This document shows positions 16,517 through 24,165 of a DNA stretch of 64,000 nt, one piece after another. Numbering within the stretch: the first letter of the stretch is position 1; each line of letters starts with the position of its first letter. The notes beneath the pieces were generated by a model. The model did not search any database, had not been told where the DNA came from, and saw only the letters and a list, made by a program, of their open reading frames with translations. A program made the translations under genes and the position numbers. Source of the stretch: an uncultured Lachnospiraceae bacterium (GTDB taxonomy: Bacteria > Bacillota > Clostridia > Oscillospirales > CAG-272); NCBI GenBank assembly GCA_964569225.1, contig CAZMTU010000001.1, positions 2,422 to 66,421 of the forward strand. Reading direction: 5' to 3'.

Positions 16517-17323
16517 TTATAAAGTTCTATTCATGCTGCCGGTCTGATAGCCGCCCAAATCAAGGGTTACATAATCGAATCCAATTGCGCGGAACATGCG
16601 ATCCAATCTTTCAGGCAGCGCGTCCCGCAGCAGCCTCGGAAATTCCGAGGGCGCTATTTCAATTCGGGCAAGCCTTCCGTGAATACGTACCCTCACCTGA
16701 TGAAAGCCTAAATCCAATAAAATTTGCTCAGCGTGGTCCACCATAGAAAGCTTTTCTTCGGTAATGGTTTCTCCGTATACAAACCGGGAGGACAGGCAGG
16801 CAAAGGATTGCTTATTCCATGTGGGGAGTCCCAGCTCCCTCGATAATTGCCGGATATCCGATTTGGTCAGTCCGGCATACCGCAAGGGGCTTTTGACACC
16901 CAGCTCCGCTACCGCGGTCAGTCCGGGTCTGTAATCGCCGGTATCGTCCAGATTAGAGCCTTCCGCAACATAGGGCAATCCATGGGCTTTAGCGATCTCG
17001 CCGATTTTCGTAAACAACTCTTTTTTACAAAGATAGCAGCGATTTTTTGGATTCTGCCGAAATCCCTCAATCGAAAGCTCTTCCGATTCACAAATAATAT
17101 GGCGGATTCCTTCCTGCCGACAGAAGGCGATCGCCTCATCCAGCTCCCGCTTAGGGAACGTACATGAACGGGCCGTCACCGCAAGCACCCGATCGCCCAA
17201 CAGATCATGCGCGCGTTTGAGCAGAAGGGTTGAGTCCACACCGGATGAAAAGGCGACCGCAACGCCGCCAAGCTGCTTCAAATAATCGTCCAGCTTAACC
17301 TTTTTCTGATAAAGTTCATCCAT
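16517..17323 (-). CDS. LarE-like PP-loop ATP-dependent sulfur transferase (TIGR00268-type)
   Basis: PP-loop AFSSGVDS, CxxC in NRCYLCKKELF, and a LarE-type cysteine in FACLSSRF. Start taken at the ATG at 17323 (GGAGG RBS), 1 nt from the upstream stop. Confidence 0.8.
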   Translation of the reverse strand: MDELYQKKVKLDDYLKQLGGVAVAFSSGVDSTLLLKRAHDLLGDRVLAVTARSCTFPKRELDEAIAFCRQEGIRHIICESEELSIEGFRQNPKNRCYLCKKELFTKIGEIAKAHGLPYVAEGSNLDDTGDYRPGLTAVAELGVKSPLRYAGLTKSDIRQLSRELGLPTWNKQSFACLSSRFVYGETITEEKLSMVDHAEQILLDLGFHQVRVRIHGRLARIEIAPSEFPRLLRDALPERLDRMFRAIGFDYVTLDLGGYQTGSMNRTL

Positions 17324-17324
17324 T

Positions 17325-18542
17325 TCAGACCTCCTGAGACAGCAATCCTGTTTTTTCAAGAGCCTGCTTCAGATCCGCAATGATATCCTCCGCATCCTCG
17401 ATTCCCACGCTGAAGCGGAAAAATCCACCATGAAACTCCTCAGGGAATAAATACTGCCGTTCATCGTTCTCGCCAAGAAAGACAATTAGGCTTTCGTCAT
17501 GTCCAAGCGATACAGCAGAAGTAATTACTCGCAGATAACTGACAAAACGGTTGTGTGTATCATGATCGGCATTCAAACCAAAGGAAAGCACGCCGCCGAA
17601 GCCGGGAGCCATCTGTTTTTTCGCGATCTCATATTCCCTGCGACTAGGCAGTCCGGGATAGGCCACAAAGCGCACGCAAGGCAGGGTTTCCAGCCATTCC
17701 GCAACCTTCAGCGCGTTTGCATTGTGCTGTCTCATCCGTAAGGGAAGGGTAACGGATCCCCGCATGATCAGCCATGCGTTGAAAGGACTGATGGTACCGC
17801 CTAAATTAACCTGTGACTGAGCGCGAATAAGGTCTAAGTATTCTTTTTTGCCGATAATGGCGCCGCCCATTGCGTCACCGTGACCGTTTATATACTTGGT
17901 CAGGCTTTCCACCGTAAAATCCGCTCCCAATTCCAGCGGCCGCTGATTAAAGGGAGAAGCAAAAGTATTATCCACTGACAGCATAGCCCCGTTTTCATGA
18001 GCAATTTGAGCCATTTCGGTAATATCAGTAATCGTTAGAGTAGGATTGCCGGGGGTTTCAATATGAATCAGCTTGGTATTTGGCCGGATAGCAGATCTGA
18101 CTTTTTCAGGATCAGAGGTGTCTACAATGGTGGTTTCCACGCCGAACTTCTGATTAAACAGCTCATGGAGCAGCCGGTAAACGGCAATATAGGTAACGCT
18201 GGAGAAAATCACATGATCGCCGCTTTTCAACAGCGCGAAAAACAGCCCGGAAAGGGCTGCAACACCGCTCGCCAGTACAATGCAGTCCTCGCCGCCCTCC
18301 AGCGACGCCAGCTTTTCCTGCAAATACTGCTGATTGGAACCGCCGTTGCGGGTATACAGATTTTTACCGGCGCTGCTCCAGTTAAGATCGCTGGGATCAT
18401 AGGGCAGTTCGTAGCTGTTTGCCATCGTAATCGGACGCTTGATCGCGCCGGTTTCGCTATCCACATCATTTCCGGCATGAACCGCTCTGGTTTGAAATCC
18501 CAGTTCGTTGCCGTAAGTTCTTTTATTCATTTTCAGCTTCAT
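17325..18542 (-). CDS. PLP-dependent Cys/Met-metabolism (trans-sulfuration / gamma-lyase family) enzyme
   Basis: FQTRAVHAG and SLTKYINGHGD (PLP lysine). The usual YxRxxNPT is divergent (YTRNGGSNQ). The start could be 18530 instead. Confidence 0.85.
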   Translation of the reverse strand: MKLKMNKRTYGNELGFQTRAVHAGNDVDSETGAIKRPITMANSYELPYDPSDLNWSSAGKNLYTRNGGSNQQYLQEKLASLEGGEDCIVLASGVAALSGLFFALLKSGDHVIFSSVTYIAVYRLLHELFNQKFGVETTIVDTSDPEKVRSAIRPNTKLIHIETPGNPTLTITDITEMAQIAHENGAMLSVDNTFASPFNQRPLELGADFTVESLTKYINGHGDAMGGAIIGKKEYLDLIRAQSQVNLGGTISPFNAWLIMRGSVTLPLRMRQHNANALKVAEWLETLPCVRFVAYPGLPSRREYEIAKKQMAPGFGGVLSFGLNADHDTHNRFVSYLRVITSAVSLGHDESLIVFLGENDERQYLFPEEFHGGFFRFSVGIEDAEDIIADLKQALEKTGLLSQEV

Positions 18543-18595
18543 TTCCTTCTAACATTAAATTAACGGAATCATAACCTACCTATTTGATATGCTTT

Positions 18596-18624
18596 ATCAT
18601 ACACGAAAAAAACGCGTTTGTCAA
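18596..18624 (-). promoter_or_regulatory. Sigma-A promoter: TTGACA, 17-nt spacer, TATGAT, for the 18.5-13.8 kb operon
   Basis: rc of 18619-18624 is TTGACA and rc of 18596-18601 is TATGAT. This leaves a 5' UTR of about 47 nt. Confidence 0.55.
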
Positions 18625-18728
18625 TAGAAACAGCAAATAATCGTCACTTTTCAGATTTGTTTCAAATAGACGGTTAAAAACAGAGGTTTAAGCGGTAAAA
18701 ATTCTTTTTACTTTTCACAATTTATCAC

Positions 18729-18757
18729 TTGACAAGCCATTTTTCCGCTGTTATAAT
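18729..18757 (+). promoter_or_regulatory. Sigma-A promoter: TTGACA, 17-nt spacer, TATAAT
   Basis: TTGACA at 18729-18734 and TATAAT at 18752-18757, divergent from the previous promoter. Confidence 0.6.
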
Positions 18758-18802
18758 AAAACTTACTATATAGATAGAGATTATAGGGATTAGTGAAAGA
18801 AA

Positions 18803-20296
18803 ATGGGAAAAACCATTCAAACGGCAGCATTGCAAATCGGAGGAATGAGCTGCGCAAATTGCCGGAGCAAGATTGAAGAAAAGCTGCGAAATACGCAGGG
18901 GGTGAAGCAGGCAGCAGTCAGCTTTCGTACCGGAATCGCCAATATCACCTATGACGCTGAGCAGATCGAGCTGAAGGAATTGATTTACGCTATTGAATCT
19001 TTGGGCTATACTGTATCCGCTCAAGGACAGCGCATCGTGAAAACCGGCAGGACCGTTTTGCTGGCGCTCGTTATTCTGCTGCTGTACGGCGGGCTTGATC
19101 ACTTCGGATTTCTCAACCTGCTGGCGCCCTCTACGCTTGCAAATACCACTATGGGCTACAGCATGCTCTTTGTCACCGGACTTTTGACCTCAGCGCACTG
19201 TATGGCGATGTGCGGCGGCATTAATCTTTCCCAAAGCATCGGCGCCCAGCAGGGGGCGGTCCATCCAAAGCCTCACCGGTCTGCCGTTTTAATCCCAACC
19301 TTTCTTTATAATACGGGACGAATTCTTTCTTATGGGGCAACCGGACTGATTTTAGGCTTTATAGGTATGCTGGTCGGCGGTCAGAATGCCGGTCTGCCCA
19401 CTGTATGGCAGGGAATGCTGAAAATATTGGCAGGCGTCTGGATGGTAGGAATGGGCGTCAATATGCTGAATATTTTCCCGCCGCTTCGAAAACTCCATAT
19501 CGGACCGCCCAAAAAAATCGTGCAAACCATCGGCAAGGCTGGATACAATAGCAAAAAGCCATTTGTAATCGGTCTGCTGAACGGTCTGATGCCCTGCGGA
19601 CCGCTGCAATCCATGCAGATCGTTGCACTGGCAAGCGGAAACCCGCTTACCGGAATGCTGTCCATGCTGTTTTTCGGATTGGGCACACTTCCATTGATGG
19701 CGGGATTTGGTATTTGTGTGTCTTGGCTGGGCAAGAAATTCACCCATGCCGTTACGCAAATCGGCTCCGTTTTGGTAGTCGTATTAGGATTTGCTATGCT
19801 TTCACAGGGGGGCAATTTATCAGGCTGGTTTGGGGGAGCGCAATTATTCGGCGTCCTACTGGCACTTAGTGTTCTTTGCGTTTTTTTGACCGTTCCCTAC
19901 CGAAAACCGCTTCAAAAAAGAGTATGTATCGCTGTTTCCTTCTGCCTTGCGCTTACCGTTTTACTGACATGGCATTTTCTGTACCCGAATTTGGCTGGCA
20001 GCGATCAGCATTCGGCTGTTCAGATCATTGACGGTCAGCAGATCGTTTACAGCACGCTGTCTCCGGGACAGTATCCGAATATTACAGTACAGGCAGGCAT
20101 GCCGGTAAAATGGATCATTGAAGCCCCCAAAGGATCTATTAACGGCTGTAATAATCGGATGATCATTTTAGATTACGGAATTGAATATACCTTTCAGATC
20201 GGGAAAAATATCATTACATTCACACCCGAAACGGTCGGAACAGTGGATTATAGCTGCTGGATGGGCATGATACACGGAACAATAACCGTACAATAA
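18803..20296 (+). CDS. Fusion membrane protein: HMA domain, DsbD_2/TauE-like TM core, C-terminal cupredoxin-like domain
   Basis: GMSCANC (MxCxxC) at the N-terminus. TM core carries AHCMAMCGG and LMPCGPLQ. C-terminal NGCNN...YSCWMGMIHG resembles a cupredoxin-like metal site. Confidence 0.8.
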   Translation: MGKTIQTAALQIGGMSCANCRSKIEEKLRNTQGVKQAAVSFRTGIANITYDAEQIELKELIYAIESLGYTVSAQGQRIVKTGRTVLLALVILLLYGGLDHFGFLNLLAPSTLANTTMGYSMLFVTGLLTSAHCMAMCGGINLSQSIGAQQGAVHPKPHRSAVLIPTFLYNTGRILSYGATGLILGFIGMLVGGQNAGLPTVWQGMLKILAGVWMVGMGVNMLNIFPPLRKLHIGPPKKIVQTIGKAGYNSKKPFVIGLLNGLMPCGPLQSMQIVALASGNPLTGMLSMLFFGLGTLPLMAGFGICVSWLGKKFTHAVTQIGSVLVVVLGFAMLSQGGNLSGWFGGAQLFGVLLALSVLCVFLTVPYRKPLQKRVCIAVSFCLALTVLLTWHFLYPNLAGSDQHSAVQIIDGQQIVYSTLSPGQYPNITVQAGMPVKWIIEAPKGSINGCNNRMIILDYGIEYTFQIGKNIITFTPETVGTVDYSCWMGMIHGTITVQ

Positions 20297-20311
20297 ATAA
20301 GGAGAATAATC

Positions 20312-20815
20312 ATGAAAAAAACGAACAAAAGCCTGCTTTGCCGTTTGGGCGCATTGCTGATGGCGCTTGCGATTTTGCCCGCATTAGGGGGATGCGAAGA
20401 CGAAACGGCAGGCGGCGCCCCTAAGCAATTGATTGAACAGGGAGAGGATTTGGTGATCCCGCTTAACGAATTGTCCGCCACCGCTTGCTTTTACAGCGTA
20501 GAGGTAAACGGCACACTAATGGAGATCATTGCTGTAGAGGATACGGACGGCAATATTCGGACCGCTTTCAATACCTGTCAGATTTGCTATGATTCAGGCA
20601 GGGGCTACTATAAACAGGAGGGAAATGTGCTGGTCTGTCAAAACTGCGGCAATCGCTTTACGGTGGATCAGGTAGGCATTGAAGCGGGCGGATGCAATCC
20701 GTGGCCGATTTTTGAACAGGACAGAACGATCACCGACAGTTCGCTGCTGCTGTCTTATGACTATTTGAACAATTCCCGCGGTATTTTTGCCAGTTGGAAA
20801 TCGTCGGGTCGGTAA
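20312..20815 (+). CDS. DUF2318-like lipoprotein with a 4-Cys ribbon
   Basis: Lipobox LGGC after a signal peptide. CQICYDSGRGYYKQEGNVLVCQNCGNRF. AAGGAG RBS. Confidence 0.7.
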   Translation: MKKTNKSLLCRLGALLMALAILPALGGCEDETAGGAPKQLIEQGEDLVIPLNELSATACFYSVEVNGTLMEIIAVEDTDGNIRTAFNTCQICYDSGRGYYKQEGNVLVCQNCGNRFTVDQVGIEAGGCNPWPIFEQDRTITDSSLLLSYDYLNNSRGIFASWKSSGR

Positions 20816-20904
20816 TATTTATGAGGATCCTTCTCCCCTTTTGAAGCTTTTTCGACCGCTTTAAGAAAAAATCGCTGTGGTGTATTTCAAGCGTACAATT
20901 GAAT

Positions 20905-20945
20905 AATCGGCAGAGCCGGAACAAATAGTTCCGGCTCTGCCGATT
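20905..20945. terminator. Bidirectional terminator hairpin (18-bp perfect stem)
   Basis: AATCGGCAGAGCCGGAAC-aaata-GTTCCGGCTCTGCCGATT, between convergent genes. Confidence 0.7.
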
Positions 20946-20978
20946 CATATGCCATTCCAAGTGCTGTTCGAAAGATAT

Positions 20979-21416
20979 TCAGATTACATAATCGTTAGCA
21001 TAGCGCGCCTGCTGCTGATCTACAATATCCTGAAGAGTGATCCCGTCCAGATATTCATTGATGACCCGTTCTAATCCCTGCCATATCGGAAGAGTCGGGC
21101 ATTCATCTCTGCGTGCGCAGATATTGGGCTGGCGCTCTAAACAGGCAACCGGCGCAAGAGAACCTTCGGTCAGACGCAGAATTTCGCCGACCGTGTACTT
21201 TTCAGGCGTCCTTGCCAGCCGGTACCCGCCCTGAAAACCCCGATTGGTCAAAAGAATGTCCGAACGGTTCAGAACCGGTACGATTTGTTCCAGATATTTT
21301 TTGGAGATATTCTGCCGCTCGGCAATATCCTTCAGCGCAATATAACCTTCATTTCCGTGTTCGGCGAGATCGATCAGCATCCGAAGCGCGTAACGTCCCT
21401 TAGTTGAAATTTTCAT
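20979..21416 (-). CDS. Rrf2-family transcriptional regulator with three-Cys cluster motif (IscR/CymR-like)
   Basis: MKISTKGRYALRMLIDLA winged helix. C-x7-C-x5-C in ACLERQPNICARRDEC. Start taken at an internal Met with a GGGGGA RBS. Confidence 0.9.
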   Translation of the reverse strand: MKISTKGRYALRMLIDLAEHGNEGYIALKDIAERQNISKKYLEQIVPVLNRSDILLTNRGFQGGYRLARTPEKYTVGEILRLTEGSLAPVACLERQPNICARRDECPTLPIWQGLERVINEYLDGITLQDIVDQQQARYANDYVI

Positions 21417-21531
21417 GACAGTTCCCCCCATTTCATATCCTAATAATACCATATTTTCAATAGGATTTCAAGCGCAAACAAACCAATTAAATCAATAAAA
21501 CACCCTCTGGCAGCTCGGATGAGCGCATTAT

Positions 21532-21879
21532 TTACGGTTTGACGGCTTTTACCGCAAAAATAAGCCCTGTAATATCCTCCGGCTGTTCTTCCAAATATCC
21601 GCTTATTAAAAATCCTGCGCAGATCAGCCCGCCTAAATAGTCCTCCATTGCATGTCCAAACTCGATCCACGTCCCCTGATCGGCATGTTTATACGATTTA
21701 TAGGGCATACGATGGCAGGCTTTATAATCATTGCCGTTCGATATATATTCACATAGATAATTAACCGGTGCCGGCACGGCTGTAATCAATGTCCCGCCGC
21801 GCTTCAGAATATGTCCGCATTCATAAAAAACAGTTGAAACATCCGGACGAGCTTGGCATGATCCAATCTTTTCAGCCAA
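21532..21879 (-). pseudogene. Truncated class I methyltransferase (C-terminal part only)
   Basis: The 115-aa ORF holds the post-motif-I region (ILKRGGTLI...). No GxGxG SAM motif is present. The upstream 165 nt is broken by stops. Confidence 0.5.
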
Positions 21880-22044
21880 GGGGCATCTTTACGGCAATGC
21901 CGCAGGGAATGTTTTTTCAAATATCTGAAATCAGAAGAAACGGACCAAAGGGGCTATGCCTCTTTTTGGGATTTGAAATTCGCTGTTTTCAAATATATCA
22001 TCGGCTTTTCCAATTCTGTCAGATCTCACTCTCACAATCATGGC

Positions 22045-22449
22045 TTACCCCCCTAATCTCGTGAACACTTGTATTTGATTCTCTGTCTTTTTTTGACTAT
22101 GGTCCACTTCCCTTGTCCCGAATCTGCGTATTTTCATTGCCTCATAAATTAGATCGAGCATCATGGGTGAAACGAGGTTTGCATCAGTAAGATCGGCAAT
22201 AATCAGATGACTTGCACCGTGGTACAAATCTTCAGCAGCAGAAAGCAAAAGGTATGCACATTCGGTGCTGTCCTTCCGCTTCATCTTGTCAAAGTGAATC
22301 TCATTTCGCTCTGCGTATCTGCCCACTCTATTCCAGAGTTGATGATCGGCAGTAAGCCAAAAGGCTGCCGTCAAGACACGGTTGTTCTGATCCATTCGAT
22401 TGGCAGCTTCGGTAAAGACTGTTCTGTGCTTTTCATTTCGATAGTTCAT
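22045..22449 (-). CDS. Hypothetical protein (134 aa)
   Basis: Clean ORF with no motif I can name confidently. Neighbours are a truncated gene and a tRNA. Confidence 0.55.
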   Translation of the reverse strand: MNYRNEKHRTVFTEAANRMDQNNRVLTAAFWLTADHQLWNRVGRYAERNEIHFDKMKRKDSTECAYLLLSAAEDLYHGASHLIIADLTDANLVSPMMLDLIYEAMKIRRFGTREVDHSQKKTENQIQVFTRLGG

Positions 22450-22502
22450 GGGGATTCTTTCTGAAAATATTTATAATACCTTTTGAAAAGGCAAAATGGC
22501 AA

Positions 22503-22548
22503 TAAAAAAGACAGATAGAATTTTTCGCAGCATCTTGCGTTCTATCTG
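22503..22548 (-). terminator. Terminator-like hairpin with T-run (minus strand)
   Basis: CAGATAGAA (22512-22520) pairs with TTCTATCTG (22540-22548). The plus-strand A-run at 22503-22509 gives the T-run. Confidence 0.5.
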
Positions 22549-22669
22549 CCCAAAGCATGTTGTATTCAGTTGTACATGAGTTCGAGACTACTCGCAAAGG
22601 GAAAATAACTGAAAAATATCTACGGAATTTAACTGATTTATTCAAACCCAGTGACTTTAAAAAAACGAG

Positions 22670-22704
22670 AAAAACGCCGAAAATCCAAGATATTCGGCGT
22701 TTTT
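22670..22704. terminator. Bidirectional terminator-like hairpin
   Basis: AAAACGCCGAA pairs with TTCGGCGTTTT, with A- and T-runs on both sides. Confidence 0.55.
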
Positions 22705-22778
22705 GGGGACACATCTTTTGTATCCACTTTATGTCCGTAGGGTACGAAAAAGATATTTCCCATCTTCGGGCGAAAAGC

Positions 22779-22809
22779 AAAAAAGTATCGCATAGCAAAA
22801 TGCGATACT
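22779..22809 (-). terminator. Terminator of tRNA-Ser
   Basis: GTATCGCAT pairs with ATGCGATAC in a 9-bp stem, followed by T6 on the minus strand, 20 nt after the tRNA 3' end. Confidence 0.7.
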
Positions 22810-22829
22810 CGGCTGCGGCAGCTTGCCGC

Positions 22830-22918
22830 TGGCGGAGGGAAAGGGATTCGAACCCTTGTGGGCTTGCGCCCAAACGGTTTTCAAGACCGCCTCGTTATGA
22901 CCGCTTCGATATCCCTCC
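22830..22918 (-). tRNA. tRNA-Ser (anticodon UGA), CCA encoded
   Basis: The reverse complement reads GGAGGGA...GCGGT-CTTGAAA-ACCGT...long variable arm...GGGTTCGAATCCC...TCCCTCCGCCA. It has a 7-bp acceptor stem, a T-loop and an 89-nt class II layout. Confidence 0.9.
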
Positions 22919-22948
22919 GTAATTTGGATAACCATCTCGAACAATAAT

Positions 22949-22977
22949 AGTGTAGCACATTTTTGTGTCCCTGTCAA
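22949..22977 (-). promoter_or_regulatory. Sigma-A promoter: TTGACA, 17-nt spacer, TGcTACACT, for tRNA-Ser
   Basis: rc of 22972-22977 is TTGACA and rc of 22949-22954 is TACACT with TG at -15/-14. Confidence 0.55.
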
Positions 22978-23172
22978 GGGGGTCAAAACGTTTTTTTGCT
23001 GACGCACGGTGTGATGATGGTTTGGAGCGCTTTTGAAAATTTACGGCAAATTCATGAATATCCATATTTTATTTCATAAAGTTTCTGCATTTTGGCTTGA
23101 TTTCAGTAGGCTATTTATGATATAATAAATCATTAATTCTAAGCAAATTTCACAAAAAACGGAGGATTATCC

Positions 23173-24159
23173 ATGAACAGCATCGACAATTCAACCCAAA
23201 CATTTGATTTGATGGACACTGCCGAAACCGCAAGAAACCTGACGGTAGAGGTGGAAAAGGTGGTGGTAGGTAAGCAAAACGAAATCAGACTGCTGATCTG
23301 CGCGCTGCTTGCAGGCGTACATGTCCTGATCGAGGACGTTCCCGGCGTGGGCAAGACAACGCTGGCTTCCGCGCTGGCAAAGGCAGCCGGTCTTTCCTTC
23401 AAGCGGGCGCAGTTTACTCCCGATATCATGGCATCGGATATCACCGGTTTCAATATTTACAACCGTCAGACTGAACAATTTGAGTTTCGGGAAGGACTGG
23501 TTATGTGTAATCTGCTGCTGGGCGATGAGATCAACCGGGCTTCCCCAAAAACACAGTCCGCTTTGCTGGAGGCAATGGAGGAAGGCAAGGTTACGGTAGA
23601 CGGTAAAACCTATTCGCTGCCTTCTCCCTTTATGGTGATCGCGACTCAAAATCCCCATGGCTTTGTCGGTACCTATCCGCTGCCTGAAGCCCAGCTGGAC
23701 CGTTTCGCCATTAAGCTGAGCATGGGCTATCCTACCGAGGAACAGGAAACCGAAATTCTGATGGGCCGCAGAGGAAATAATCCGCTGGACCGCGTGAAGG
23801 CGATTACCGATGTGGATTGCGTGGCAAAAATGCGCCGCACTACCGCTTCGGTTACGGTTGATGAAGAAGTTTGCAAATATATTGTCCGATTGGTTGCCGC
23901 TACCCGTAAAAATCCGGGGCTGTCCAGAGGCGCTTCTCCCCGCGCTTCATTGGCGCTTATGCGTATGACACAGGCGTATGCCGTTTTGCATGAGCGGGAT
24001 TTTGTGGTGCCTGAGGATGTAAAGGCGGTATTCGTCCGCACGATTGCTCACCGTCTGGTGCTGACGCAGGAGGCAAAGCTCGCCCGCACCACCCCTGAGT
24101 CTGTTTTGCAGGATATTCTTCAGCGCACGGAAGTTCCTTACCGTGGCTCCAGAATATAA
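23173..24159 (+). CDS. MoxR-family AAA+ ATPase
   Basis: Walker A DVPGVGKT, Walker B LLGDEINR, ATQNP sensor region. Confidence 0.9.
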   Translation: MNSIDNSTQTFDLMDTAETARNLTVEVEKVVVGKQNEIRLLICALLAGVHVLIEDVPGVGKTTLASALAKAAGLSFKRAQFTPDIMASDITGFNIYNRQTEQFEFREGLVMCNLLLGDEINRASPKTQSALLEAMEEGKVTVDGKTYSLPSPFMVIATQNPHGFVGTYPLPEAQLDRFAIKLSMGYPTEEQETEILMGRRGNNPLDRVKAITDVDCVAKMRRTTASVTVDEEVCKYIVRLVAATRKNPGLSRGASPRASLALMRMTQAYAVLHERDFVVPEDVKAVFVRTIAHRLVLTQEAKLARTTPESVLQDILQRTEVPYRGSRI

Positions 24160-24165
24160 GCTGCC

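Noticed and set aside
21532-22830. Intact prophage or ICE integrated at tRNA-Ser
   Set aside because: There is no integrase, recombinase or structural gene. I did not notice a duplicated copy of the tRNA 3' end. Only a scar is proposed, at low confidence.
22433-23007. ORFs of 92-146 aa overlapping the tRNA-Ser gene and its terminators
   Set aside because: They span a tRNA and three terminator hairpins and have no RBS. These are artefacts.
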